Shown one piece after another: positions 12,111-25,800 of a stretch of DNA of 64,000 nt; the first letter of the stretch is position 1; every line of letters starts with the position of its first letter. Made by a program: the position numbers and the translations under genes. A model generated the notes under the pieces. It made no database searches. It was not told the origin of the DNA and worked only from the letters and a program-made list of their open reading frames with translations. Source of the DNA: Raillietiella orientalis (taxonomy: Eukaryota); assembly GCA_036172245.1 (NCBI GenBank), contig JAYWIR010000015.1, positions 3,658,001 through 3,722,000 of the forward strand. Reading direction: 5' to 3'.

Positions 12111-13636
12111 ATTCCCTTCTTCCCCTTCCTCGTTTCCGCGTGCTCAGGGTGATTCCGCGTTTTTATCTCCCTCGGGAATCGACGAGCGCTCCCCCCTTCC
12201 CCTTCTCCCATTGGCGGGCGGACCCGTTCTTCCTTCAAGGCGTCAGCAGCATTAGAAAGGCTCTCTCTTCCTTTCTAGTGGTCAGGAAAAGATCGAGAGC
12301 GAGAGACACGGCTTCGCTGCAGTGCAGCAGAGACCTTGGTAGCTACAGGGCTGCAGCTTCCAAGGTATCCCGCGACGCTCCCGATAGCAAGTAGCTCGAG
12401 GGTGGTATAGCAGCAGCGGTGGTTCTTCCCATGTCCATCCCGTCCCTACGGGGAAAGCCGAGGGGTCTTTGTAGGAAAGAAAAGGAAGGAGAGGGATGAA
12501 ATGAAAAAGGACGGATTTCCTTCCAGGTATCTCCGATATTACCCTCTCCGCTGAACTCACTCACATCCCTGCGTGCGAAGCGATCGTAAAAACACACACA
12601 CACACAAAAGAGAACGACCGATCCCTCCCTGGGGAAGGGGGACTCCTGGATGCCGTTGCTTTTTCCCTCCCTCGCGCTTCACGGATTCCGCGCGTGGTCT
12701 TGTACTCGAATGATTGCTTCTCCTTCCCCTCCCCTTCTGAAGAGCTGCGCTGCGCTTCCTGGTGCTCTTGCGGAAAAAAATGTGCGGTAGCAGCCTCTGC
12801 CGCTGCCGCTGTTGCTCGTGTCTGCACAGTGTGACCGCCGCCTCTTTCTGAGCTTCCGAGGAGGCATGGGTCGCCAGGGGCTGACCCGGCGACTACTGTT
12901 GCTGGTAGTAAGGGTTGCGCCACTCGACGCAGCGGGGTGCGACTATGGGGGCTGCAGAGGTCATCAGTGATCCCGAGGCAGTCTCTGCCTCCTTGGCAGT
13001 AGAAGGCTCATCGGGAGAGCGCAGGTGCACGGGTCGGTTCCCTTCCTCCATCACACAGGGAGTTTTTCCTCTTTGGGAGAGGCTGCCCATCTCCATCCGC
13101 ACCTCTTGCCCCCTTCCTTTTTCCCGTCTTTCCCCCAGGGTTCTGCAGGGATGAAAGGGCGTTTCGTCGCAACGAGCTTCATTCCTGCCCACGCGCACAC
13201 CTCTACGCGCGTGAACCTTCTGCCTCGCGAGCAGAGAAAACCGCAAGCCCAACTCGACGCGCCGAGATATGCAGAGTGGACGGGTGGACGTCTCCTTCCT
13301 CCTTTCCTTCCCCGGTTCATCTGGATGTGTTCATTCAGCAAGCGCGCTCCGTGTGGCCGTGGTGTCCCGTTTCGGGGTCGTCGTCTTTCCTGGAGTGAGA
13401 AGGATTGGGGTTAGTCAGGACGGAGTTCTCGCAGCTCGGCTGCAGCAGATGCCGAGCTCGGAAGAGCGCCAGGGTCAGCGGGTTTCAACGGAGGTTGCTG
13501 TCCCCTCTGCCTTGGACTCTCCTTTCCGCAAACGGTATCGGGAGAGGACAGAATTCTTCTTTTCATTCTTTTTTATTTTTCCCTCACTTTTCCCATATTT
13601 GGGTCGCGGTGGGGGAGTGCCCGGGTGGGTCTCTTC

Positions 13637-13866
13637 CTAGTCCTCGAGCTGAGTCAGCAGCGCCGTCCCTCTGAGGATCCAGAAATCCTCCGGCTGGAAG
13701 GTGGGCAGGTGCATGGCCAGGATGTAATTCGTGGAGTGCCCGGTAGTCGACAGCACTCCCGCCCTCTCGGAAGTCTTGTACACCGGGCAGTTGTACACCC
13801 CCGCTTTGTCCTCCGAGTGCGTCACCGGCTCCAAGTGGATGATTGGCATCGGGGGGTTCATCTCTC
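13637..13866 (-). CDS. DNAH6: DNAH6-like last coding exon (58)
   Basis: [10 protein letters not shown]...YNCPVYKT...[14 protein letters not shown]...[17 protein letters not shown]. Confidence 0.95.
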
Positions 13867-16800
13867 CTGGAAAGACAATATGCAGTGGAGCTGTTGGAAG
13901 GTTTTCAACCCTCCTCCTCCTCCTCCCCAAGCCCACCCTAGACGTTTCCACCAGGGACGGTCAGAGTGCCGCTGCCTGCTCCATCTCTTACTGTCGGTTC
14001 AATATGTCCGGGCGTCCGAGGCCGGAAAACCGAGAGGAAAGCGCCTTGGAGTACGCAGGCACGCACGCGCGCTTGCATTGGCAGCTGCTTCTGAGCGAGA
14101 ACGGCCGGAGAAGCAGCACTCGACGTCCGCTCGCAAGGTAAAGGACGGCGGGAACCCTATAAACCAGAAGAATCTTGGCTACCTCCACCTTGGCGTCCGC
14201 TCGATTGACCTGCCATCTTTTTTTCTGTTTACCCCCCACTTCCATTTCTTTCCCCTTTTCGTCCGCATTTTCTTTTTTTTTCTGAGCGGAGTTGCGTGGA
14301 CGTGTGCTGACCACCATCGTCTGCGATGGTGGCGGTGAGCTCTCGTGAGCCACGACCGTCTTGAAGGTCGCTTCTCCCTGATGAGGAAAGGGTGATGGTT
14401 CCCTCACGAGGATGCGGCCACCAGATGTCGCGTGGGTTTTTTTCCCCTCCACGCTGGACTGACAGCGGGCAAAGAAGCGATGAAGCAGTCGTCGTCTTTC
14501 CCCGTGCGAAGTGAGGCGCTGATACGAGAGGCCTTCTGGTTTCACTGCCGGTAGTAGCCGGAGGCAATCGGAGTCGGTTGCCTGAGGTAGGTAGGGCGAC
14601 AGCCTCGGATCCCCTTCAGGCAGCAGTCCCGGGAAGGAGAAGGGTGTGCGTTCGCTCTTGCCCCGGTTGATGGCGCGGGCAAAGGAAGGGAGGAGTATCA
14701 CCTCCGTCCTTTGTGGAAGAGTGTGCCACAGCTCCACTGGCGCTCCCACGTGAGCGGAAGCGGAAGGACAGCGGTTGCACAGCGGGAAGAAAGGAGAGCG
14801 GGTCGTCATCCCTTACTCTTTTTCGGGAGATTCCTTGGAGCACAAGCACGAGGGAAACCACCGGCTGCGGATCGATAAGGAGGGAGGGGTCGAACCCGGA
14901 AATGATGCGTCGGCGTCGTATCGGCACCGGCGACGGGCACGGTGTTTGCTCTTCTATCAACCACTTTCATTTTTCCGGCTGGATGGACTCATTAAAGTAT
15001 AATCTGAGGTCCATGGGAAGAAGAACTGCAGAGGGCACGAGAGGGATGCATATTTTATTTTATTTTCGCTTCTCCCGGAGCGGGAGCGCGGAGCCACTTC
15101 CGTTCGTCCCAAGCGGCACGCTGCTCTCGCTGTTACCAAGCGAGGAGGAAACTCGTCGGAGATGAGTGGAGGTTTTCATGGAAACGAACCGGCTTGATGG
15201 AAGTGACGTAAAAACATTGTCCCGTGCAAATACGAAGGGGCATCATGCGCGGCGGGTGACGCTCTCCCACCCGAGGCATGGCCTCGGCTGCTCATCACCT
15301 GCAGCAGCAGCAGCAGCAGCAGCAGCGGAGGCAGAAGGAAGAGGACTCGCTCGTCATCACTGTCACAACTCGGGTGGGAGGAAGCCATACTGATTGCCAA
15401 AAGGAGGCACCCTCTTTTCACTCTCCGGGGATGGCAGGGTCCGGGGTCGCCAAATCGAGCGCCCCCCTGCCGCATCTCATCAGGAAGCGGCAACCAAGGC
15501 GGCCAACGAAGCAGGATGCGCGTCTGAGTCGTGCGTAGCCAAGGGGGGGGGGGGGAATGAGGGACCCTCTCCCGCAAGCCCCAGGTTCTGATTCCGTTGG
15601 ATGATTGGATGGTCCTGTTCCTGAATCGAAGCGACAACGGGCCGGGGACCGTTTTAGGTGTGCACGCGGCACCTGGAAGGGAAGAAGAGCTCCCGCTCCG
15701 GGAGGAGCTCTTCCTCCCGTCTCCTCGGCCATCTCTGGCGGAAAAAGGGGTTCCCTCCCTTGCTCCCCTTCGAGATCTTGGACCGTCCCCTGCCAACCAA
15801 ATACCTGGCCGCGCGTCGATCAGGACCCCTCTGGAGTCGTCCCAGAAGCTGGCGTCAAGGTACAGTCCGTGGATGAGCACGCCGTCTTCAGGAGGCACCA
15901 GGTCCGCAGGCTCTTCGTCGCCGTCTACGTCCGTGGCCTCTCCTTCCTGCAAAGCGGCAATGTGTGACCGTATCCCCGCCGCTGCGCCGGAGCTCGGCGT
16001 CGGGCGATAACGCGCGTACCTCTTCGGAGGCTTGCAGGCCCTCCTCGTACTCGTTCCGGTACTTGTCCAGGACGTGGAATTCGAACCGCAGGCGGTCGAT
16101 GGGAAAAGAGTGCTTGCGGGCGTAGTTCTGCATCACTCCCGTCAGGAAGCCTTGAGGGAAGAAGAACCCGGATATCCAGAAGGTGTCCGGCGACCTTTTC
16201 GTGAGCCACGCCTAGAGAGGGAGGGAACAGTTGCTGCTTGCTCGAGCTGGGCGCCGCCGGCGTGCAAAACGTCTGGGCGCGCATGATGGCCGACGAGCGG
16301 GATTCATTGTTCCTCCTCCCTCCCCCTTACCGAAAAGAAGCGCAAACGGCACTCGAGGTCAGCCACCCAGCCGCCGAGGGGTTTGATCGAAGAGTAGGAG
16401 ACGCTGGACCACGACTTTGGAACCTGAGCAGATAGCTTGGAGGGGAAGGAAGGGAGGAGCACTCGCGAACCTGGTTGTTCAGCAGGGAATGGTACATCGC
16501 ATCCAAGTCTTCCGACATCAGGGAAAGTCCCTTGATCGCTGACTGCAGATTCTTCAGAGAAGTTCGGACGACGCGCAGCATCCTTCCGAAGCGCTGCACT
16601 TCTTGCACAAGCACGACGGGCAGGGAGTCCTTTCGCCCTTGCTCGTTCGCCTGGAGCGCAGAGGTGATGAGAGGGACACGAAGGACGGAGACGCCGCAGC
16701 GGTCGGTTGCTGGAAAGGTCCCTCCCTCCCTCCCGAGCACAAGGTCCGCTCTCCACGCGGGATCACTGGGACGGACAAGGCAGGACGGTCCGCGATCGAT

Positions 16801-19800
16801 CTGGCCAATAAGATCCGGTCTTGGGTCCTTCCCGGTGGCATTCTCAAGAGCACAGCCGGAAAAGCAGCAAGCCAAGCAACGTGTCCTGCGTGAAAAAAGA
16901 CGACGGCGAGAACGTCTGGATCCCATCCCTCCCTTCTGACGCGCACGCAAGCAAGCGAGCACCGGTTCTGCAGCCGGTTCTCCTCCTCCTCCTCCTGTTC
17001 CAAGGGTTTGCCTCCTCGGGCAGAGACGATCCCGTTACTATGGCGGAGCGCCTGGGCGCGCCTGCACGCGAACCACCACCACCGGATGCGGGTGTTTGCA
17101 CTGGTTCTGCTCCGTTCCACCAGGAGCTGCAGCCTGCCTATGCACGTAGCCCAGGGGGAGTCGTCCAAGTCTCCTGTGAGCGCGCAGTCCCTTCTTATTC
17201 CATCTCGTTCGCGTTCGAAAATTCCTCGGGTCCGAGCACCCCCCACATCATGTCCGACGTCCACTGCTGGAAAACCCGACTGAAACGCCACAGAGAAGGA
17301 GACGGATAAGGGGAGGGGGAATCGTGTGTGACGTGGATGAGTCTCGCTGCTCGCTCCGCGAGATGAAATGAACTGAGTAGGTCGCCTCTCGCCGGCATAC
17401 CATCTTCGATCATTCCCCTCGACGGGCGACGGCGGCGGCAGCAGACGCACCCACGCACACAGGTTCCCAAAGGAGGCGCGCGCGCCAACGCCGTGTTGAG
17501 ATCGTCGCGGGCATCGCTCCCTTCTCCGCTTGAGGGTGGCTTGGCCGGGAGGTGGGAGAAGACACCGAACCCCTCCGGGACGTCCCTTGCCACCACCCGA
17601 CCAGCAGACATCAGGGCCCGTTGCGCATCGCGGGCATATCGTTGATTTTCCAGGGAAGGTGCGAGGGGCAACCTTCCTCGTCTCCTAGCTCACGGATCTG
17701 CGAGGGTCTCTCGCGATACGCAAAGGGGTGGTCCGGTCCGGCACAAATCTCCAGGTTTCCCGAAAAGGGATAATCGGAAGTACTGGAGGGACAGGGAGAA
17801 AGAGGCAAGTTTCTTAGGACGGCAGTAACCTTCCACAGAGGAGCTGGGCAAAGAGCTTTTTCTCCTTGGGAAAGGGGAGGGGGAGGGGGGAAATCCCGGG
17901 CAAGGAGGAGAGTGGAATGGGCACCGACTCTAAGCGAAGCAAGGCGATTTGCAGGGCGATCGTTTTCGCAGCAAGGTCAAATCAATAACTGTGTCCGGGT
18001 GATTGATTAACAAGGGCTGCCCCGCCGCTCCGGGAGAAGCGGGAGAGAGCTCTCATGTCTCGCCTGCGGTCCCGTCATAGGCACTGTTTACTTTTCTGAG
18101 AGCTCTAGGGGGGCAAGGGAAGAGGGAGCAAAGGGTGAGGGTGGGATGGCGGCCGAAAAGTCCACCCGAAACCTGCAGGCGTGTGAAAACAGCAGCATCA
18201 GCAGCTTTCCGACCATGACTCAGACGAGGAAGTTTCCTGGTACGACACGGAGCGAAGCTCACTGCTCGGCGCGGATGTCTTGTCCGCCACCCCCATTTGT
18301 TGGCGATTACCTCAAAGAGCTCCTTCCTCCCTTCCTCCAGACTCAGGCGCGTGGAAGTTTTCTGGAGTATTGTCTCCGCCAGGCCATGGATCATGTCGTC
18401 TTGGGACTTGAAGATGGCTTCCCCAGCCTCTCTCGGCTGAGTCAACACGATCGTGCTGATGAAGTTCGAGGTCTCGCTGATCTGGAATGCGCGGGAAGTA
18501 GCAAAGGTGCGGGAAGTCGGGAAAGGGATATCTCGGAGGATGCAGGAAAGCAGGCGACAGGCAGACCGGACGCGGCGGGAAAATGCCGTCTCAGAGGTCC
18601 CCCGCGGTCAAAGTTGGGCTGACGGACAAAAGCAGGCTCAAAAGACGCTGCAGAGCCCGATCGCCTTGTGAAGGTGCGTCGCCACGACCACCATCCGTTC
18701 GTTAGCAGCAGCAACATGCAGTGGGCAGAAGGCACTTTCTCGTGATCCCCCTGCCTACCGGTTTCCCGTTAAAACGTTGACCCATCCCGGATCCTGCTCC
18801 GTCTGGTTTGCTGAGAAGCGAATGGCAGTGGCCGCTGCAGAGAAAGCGGGTGGCCACTTGCACCAACCGACTCCCACAAAGCGCAGCCGCAACCCGGCTC
18901 ACCGAAGGAATTGGAGAATCGATTCGTCGAGGGAGGACCTAACCTATCGCAGGTGTCACCGAAACATGATCTGCTTTGGTGCAGCGATCTGCTTTGGTGC
19001 TGCGGCTGCTTCTTTGCGGAGGAAGAAGCGGTAGGAAAATCCAGCAAGAAACCAGAATCTTCCCCATGGTGGTTCAGTGGAGCTCCTCTGAAACTGCCGC
19101 GCCTTCTGCAAGCCCTGCTACGACGGCAGGAAACGAAAATCTTTCCGCTTCCGGGATCCGCGATTTCCCAAGGAAAGACTGAAAACGGCGCTAAGTCCAT
19201 TTCCGAAAGAGCACATGGAATTTCCCTACGAACCACGCAGGAGAACGTTTGTTTGGAGCACCGCGAGATATTGGAAACCGGCGGAGGACTTGGCATGGTG
19301 GACTACCGAGGTTCGTCACGTAAATAGCAGATCAGCCTGAGAACCCAGGGCGGCAACAGAGAACGAGCCTCGCCCACGCAGTGGATTCCAGGAAGCGAAT
19401 TCTGGATTGAAAGCATCGAGAAGGACACGACTCTCTCTCTCTCGGCAAGTGGTGCACGATGCGGAGTGAGATGTCGGGGTGCCCAGGGGCAGCTGCCCTG
19501 CTTCTGTTTCTCGTGCCGCCTCCTTGACCTACGGTCCCGCTGTTTTCGAAGCGGCCGTTCGTCGGATGATGGGAAAAAGCTTCGTTTCCGAGGAGCGATG
19601 CACGTGAGTGTCTCGCCTTTCCCCCTCCCCCCTCTTCTTGCAGAGACAGCTCGGCACCCGCACCCCAGGCATCGAAGAGATCGTGAAGACATGAAAATTC
19701 CTTTCCCCCTTTCCCTTCCCAGATTCCTCACTTGGAACATCAGGTTGGCGTTTTCATGCATGCCGAAAATTTCTGCGTCGTCCATCAGCGGAAGATTGTC

Positions 19801-22800
19801 CAAGAACTGCTCGTAATCTTCCTCCTCCGGAAGATAGTAAGTCCCGGAATCCGAATACGTGTGGTCTGACTGGCAGTTTCAGTGCTACTCTAAGACGAAC
19901 CCTCTCATCAGACCTCGAACGATGCTTCCAGGAGACACGAATCTGTCAAAGGCGGTCATCAAGCATCGCTCGTCCCACATATCAGTGACTCTTCCTCCGT
20001 AGAAGATCTCCCCTGCAAAGAGCAGTGAGGTAGGGGCAGTGAGGGGCTTCCCGAACCACAGCAAGCTCTCCCACCTATCATGCACCTGAGGGCGCTCCAT
20101 GGTATGGGCTGATCGAAAAACTCTTTCATGTACGTCAGGGCGCAGCTCCTGTCAGCATCCCCGAATTCGTATTTGATATTCCAACCGAGGGGACCAAATT
20201 TTTTCCTTTCCACGATCACAGCGTGGAACATAGAGATGCTGAACATCAACCGTCGCCAGTCTTCCTGTACCTCCACTAAGGGGTAGAGGAGGAGGACACT
20301 ACTTCGCTCAGAGTATTCGCCGTGGTATTACCGACCGTTGGCAGGAAAATCAGCAATGGCTCTCCTCAGATTGGCCCGTATGCCGCGAGGAACCTCATTC
20401 GTCACTTTGACTGAGTTCTGCAGGATGGTGACTGGAAAATCCCGGCTAGGCATCGAGCTGAGAAACAGCCGGAATTTTGGGTTAATGTCTTTGCTGTTCT
20501 CCATGAGGTCTCTGGTGATGCTTTCCAGATCCGGCATCCAAGAAGCGGCAAGGTGGCAGTTCTGCGGGAGAGACAGAGAGGGAGGGAGAGAATGGAGGAG
20601 TTTACTCGTCTCCAGGAACCACTTTCCCGCGAGTCGCTCACTTGAAGGAACACCCATTGTCCCAGGGTCGCAGCATCGGAAATGGCCGCTCGGGCTACTG
20701 GGCCTTGACCTTGTCCCAGGGAAATAATGTGAACGTTTTTCCCATCCTCATTCTCCAGAGTGAATTTTTGGAACGATTCCAGAGGATCAGATCCTTGGCT
20801 CAATATGAATATGAGCGGTGTCGATTTGTCCATGTCCTCGTACCTACAAAGGAAACAGCAGCAAGGGTGGTTCCCTTTCGGAGTCTTTCTGTTACAAGGA
20901 AGGCAGATCTGTAGCGTAGACTTCCAGGTAGTCTCTGCCCAGCTCCACGTATATGAACTCTGTCAAAGCGTGAATCACCTGAGCAGCCCATGTACGAAGA
21001 AGGAGAGAAAACACCTGGTCGCCTCACCTGGTCCGCCATCAAACACTTGACCAAGAGAAGCTTTTGAAAGTTCCTCAGCTTCAAGTTCCACGCGTTGTTG
21101 TCCACATTTCCCAAGTCTTCAGCGATACCAGATGTTTCGTTGAACACCTTCAACACAAGTTGAACCATGAGTCAGAAGCACCGAACCGAAAACGGAGCAA
21201 CGTTTACCATGGAAAATTCTCCGATTTTGATGACTACGGTGTTCTCGTTCATGTCTTGAGAGATTCCGCTGAATGCAGCAAGAGAACGCTCCATGTAACA
21301 CAGCTGCCGCCACTGAATATCCGACAACCAGTCCAGATTTGAAGATTTGAGGAACAAGGGCTAGGTCATGGACAAAAAAAAAAATGCGGTTAAAGATTGC
21401 AGACTCGGCAGCAGAGAGTGGAGGAAGAAGCATGAGCGTTTGGTTCCCAAGCAGCAAGAGATATAGGTAGGAGGAGAACTTTCAGAGAAGACTGCGTTCT
21501 CTAGTGTATTCCCCCTAGTTTACTCCGAAGCATCAGACGTTTCGGGATGACGTGACGAAAGTGACGACCAGGAGGTGCGCGCTTCGTCGCACAAAATTCC
21601 ATGAACAAAGAGCGCTTGGAGTCTTCTCGAATCAGCGGCAGCGAAAGTGTTGAGGGATCCTCAGAGCTTCGAATTGCAGATGCTTGCACAAATTGCCATG
21701 GTCCTTCCTCGTGAGAATTTCCTCTGAGTTCATCATCTTCAGTTACACCCAATAGCTGCTACTCATTTTCCGGAAGGAGGCGACGAGGAGGAGGAAGAGG
21801 AGGAGGGGAAAAAGGAAAGCTGCTGATAAGCTGGGTCAGCTTATCAGCAGCTTTCCTTTTCCGTCCAGGGCATCTCAAGATTTTTCTTTTGCGTTCTGCA
21901 CGTCTGCTGTGTGCAAGGTGTGCTTCAGCTGTTGCTTTTGGTTCGCTGCGCAGAAGCCTCTGCACACTTGCTTCCCGAGGAGAAGGGTGAGTTGTGAGGG
22001 TGGAATCACCGTCCATAGAAGAGCAGTAGCCTCTTCTCGGATTTCAGAATGCAATTACTACCCTCTGGCATTAAACCTTGCGATGGCACTAGCTGGACCA
22101 ACAGGAGTTGGGCCGGCCAGCTCTTAATAGGAACAGACGAGACACCCACTTGCTCATTCGATAAGAGTTGGGAACGCAAGGGCTTCTCTCCACCCGTCTG
22201 CTCATCTGCTACTTAGTTTCCATAGTCCGAAGTCTTCAGCTCTACCCAGCCTCTTATGCATTTTCCCTGGGAAGGGACTCAGCCTCTCTCCTTTGTGCCG
22301 AGTAGCCGTGGATTTCCTTTCCGGGGAGACCAGCAGTTTTGGGGACCACCGTTGTACTTGTGCTTGAGAGAGCTTTCCCGCATAAGCTCGTGAACAGTTC
22401 CGTTTCAAAAGAACCTCATATCGCCTGGAGTTCCTTCTCGATTGCCTGGCATTCTTTTCTCGAACGTCGGAACGGTGGGGATTCGCTAGCTCACCCCCTC
22501 ACCCACCAATTCTGTCAACAAGCGAGTTGCTCTGGAAGCGATATGCGTGGTGACCAACAATTTCTTCGACGTTCCAGGGGACAATGCGCGCAAGGCTGGA
22601 CAATCTCGAAGACGTCGCATCTTCGAGAAGGTTCCAGTGTCCCTCAGCATGGCTGCTTGCTGCAATGCCCCCGGGCTCGCTCGCTCTGAGCCTATCCGTT
22701 TCGGAGCTACGTTGAGACTCGCAGGAGGTCGCTCTTCCCTTCCTCCTCGTCCCAACCCCCTTGCAGTTCATGGCGCAGCGAGTTCTCCAGGTGGTTCCAT

Positions 22801-25800
22801 ATGTAGCAGCAGCTCACTTCACCTAGAGGGCACCTCTCCTGCGTTCCCTAAGCGAGTTTCTGGATATGGAGAAACCGGCGGCGTTGTTGCTCTTTTCCTG
22901 ATGCTGCCAATAGTCAGGCTCCTCGTAACTTGTCCCCCTTCTCCCTTTCCTTCCCTCCTAACGGCAATAGCATTTGTCGTTCCTCCTTTCTTTTCCTCCC
23001 TGCTGCTTTCTTCCCCTCCAGTCCTCTTCCCCTTTTTGTTCTTCCTGGTTTCCCTTTTCGAACTTACGTTGCTGGTTTACAGGATATCCGTTGGGAATCC
23101 CCTCCTATCCTAACTTCCTCCTCATCTTCGATCTCCCCTTAGATTGTGGCAGCGGCAGCCCACGAAACCCCGCCATTCCCTTCTTCTTCCTCTTCACGAC
23201 CTTTTTGGTTGCGCCACGAGATCCTCTGCTGGATAAGCACGTCCATATTCAGCAGAGGACTGGGAATGCCTTTCCTGTGTCCCTCCAGTGATGGTGACTC
23301 TCACTCTCTTTCCGTCGGGATGCCGCGCACCCGTCCCGATTCTTTCCTTTCTTTCCTGCTACCCCTGCGACACTGACGCCTCGAGAGCAGACGAGAGGGG
23401 GGTCAGGAACACCGGCGGCCCCTTTGTGCCATGAAATGATCAGGTCAGTGATGGGTAAAAACTGCAGCTGTAGAGCTGGCCGTGTTCGACGAAGCTCCTC
23501 TCGGTTTGACTTCGCACCTCCTCCGCCATCCCGTTCCATCAGTTCCCGGCTGGCAGTTCCCCTGCATCCTCCGCATCACTCAGCCGGACCGATCCACTTC
23601 CTGAGAGCGTGGTCCGAGGCGGGCCACGGAAGCAGCAACTCGACCTCCTCCTCCGTTCCTTTTCTGTGAACCATGGCGCAAGCGGAGGCGCAACAACCGC
23701 GCAACGGCAGCCCTTCCGATCCCCTGCTGTGGGAGTGCCGGCTCCTTTGGCAGCCCCTCGCTGTGAGGCAAACGGACGATCCTGATGGCTGGATGCATGC
23801 TTCTCCGCAACTGGGGGTGATGATCAGCCTCCGAAACGTGTTCGTTTGAAAAACACGTGACCAGGTGTGCCCTCGCGCGTTTCCGAGCTTTTTCGCCCAT
23901 TGCGAGTTGAGCCTTCGCCAGCACTCGGTCCTACTCCGATATCCCGACGCATAGACCTTCCCCAACCTCCTTCCTCTCCCCTGGAAATGCCGGAACCTCC
24001 TGGGGAGGCGGCGGTGGCGACTCGGAAGAGCGAGGGAGCTGACAGAAAATCGTGACAGAGTCCCCCCTCCCTTCCTTCCACGGAGAAAGCGCCGTTCCTG
24101 GACTTGCAGCGGTAGCAGCAGCAGCAGCATCCCGAAACCAGCGAAGAGTGATGAGATTAAGGTTGTAGGCATCCTGCTGTTCGTCTCTGACCGAGTTTTT
24201 TGACGGCAACTCTCGGTAAAGGAAGAGGGAAAAGCAGCAGTCCAAGGTCTTTTTCTCTCTCCGTTCTCGCTCTCTTTCCGCCTTCCCCCCAAAGAAACTC
24301 TCCCACCCTTCCTCTTTCCTTCCTTCTCGTTTCTCTTTCCCACGTGGCTGAGCTGTTCCAGAGAGACCACCACCATCATCTCCTCGATCAGGAGGCTTAA
24401 AGGGAAAAGCGGAGGAGAAGGCGGAGAAGATCGGAAGAGCCGGCGCCGTTGCGACAGGAAAGAGGGGGTGCGTTGGAGGGAGGGAATCTCACCAGCTGGG
24501 AGGAGGTCATGGGTGGGCCCCTGAGGAAGGTGGTCCACTCGTCCGCGGAGATGGCCTCTCTCATCTTCATGATCTCCACGCAGAGGAGGAAGCTGAACAG
24601 CAGCTTGTGTCTTTCGAAGAGCCCTCGGGAGACGTTGACGTAGACGGACTTGGTCGCGTTGGCCTGAAGTATTGCGAGGCGCACGTCCAGACTGCTCGAA
24701 GGCTCGCTGTTGAGGATACAGGAACGGAACAGCTTGGGAGGGAGGGAGACCATGGTGACGGCGATAAGGTTCGAGAGGAGTGCAAAAGAGTCAGCGGCAA
24801 TGGAGAGAGAGAGAGAAAGCAGAGTTCGCTCCTGTCTCTCTCTTTCTCTCTTTGTCACCCCGTCCCCGCACCTGCTTGAAGTATTTGAGGGAATACTGAT
24901 ACATGGGATCGATCTCGCTGAGGCTGACCATCACGAAGTACAAGACGGATCCGCGCGCGGCGACGGGAAGGTACATCTCGTAGGACTTCTGCATCTGGGA
25001 CTGGGTGCGCTCGGAGGCCTCGATGTGCAGGGAGATCTCGCGGGACGTTTTCTACGTCGGAAGGCTCAGAAAGTAGGGGGTCTTTGCTCTCCTAGGTAAC
25101 TTCTTCCCCTCCGTCTTCCTTTCCCGGCGACGACGGGAGATCTTGTGCTTCCCCTTTACCTTCGTACTGCTGAGCGTGTCGATGAGATCCTGCTTGTCCA
25201 GGATGTTCCCGCTCGTTTCCTGGAGGGTGCCCAGGATCCTGTCCTCCATGGATCTCAGGGAGAGCTTGTTGCTGCTGATCTCCACGATGATCTGGTTCCT
25301 GATGTTCTCCAGCTTGGGATCCTCCAGGCTGATCACGTCACTGAAACGACGGAGCAACGTCAGCCTCCTCTGCCTGCTTCGTAATGCCGGCCCTCCCTCT
25401 TCTTTCGAGGTGAAACCACTGTCGCCACCTCGTCCTCCTTTAACCTGAGCAACTGCTCCTCGAGTCCCGAGAGTGACACGGTAAAGTTGACCAGGTTGAC
25501 AATAGTGCTGATCTGAGGCAGATAGTGGGGGTTCGGCAGCTTGGTCGTCATATACAGCCGGAAACTGGGATTGTACTCGACGTCGCGCGCGCCCAGCTTC
25601 ATCATCTTCCTCCCTCCCTGCGGCTAACATTCGTGGCGGGAAGAGCAGGAGGATCGCGCATCACCTGCACGTAGATGGATTTCACCAAGATGAGCTCCAG
25701 GATGGGGGCGAGGGTCTCTCCGAGGTTCTCCACCAGGACGGGCTGTCCGAGCTCGATGGCGTTTTCCAGGACGCGGACGAAGTTCCTGTCGGTCACCCTG

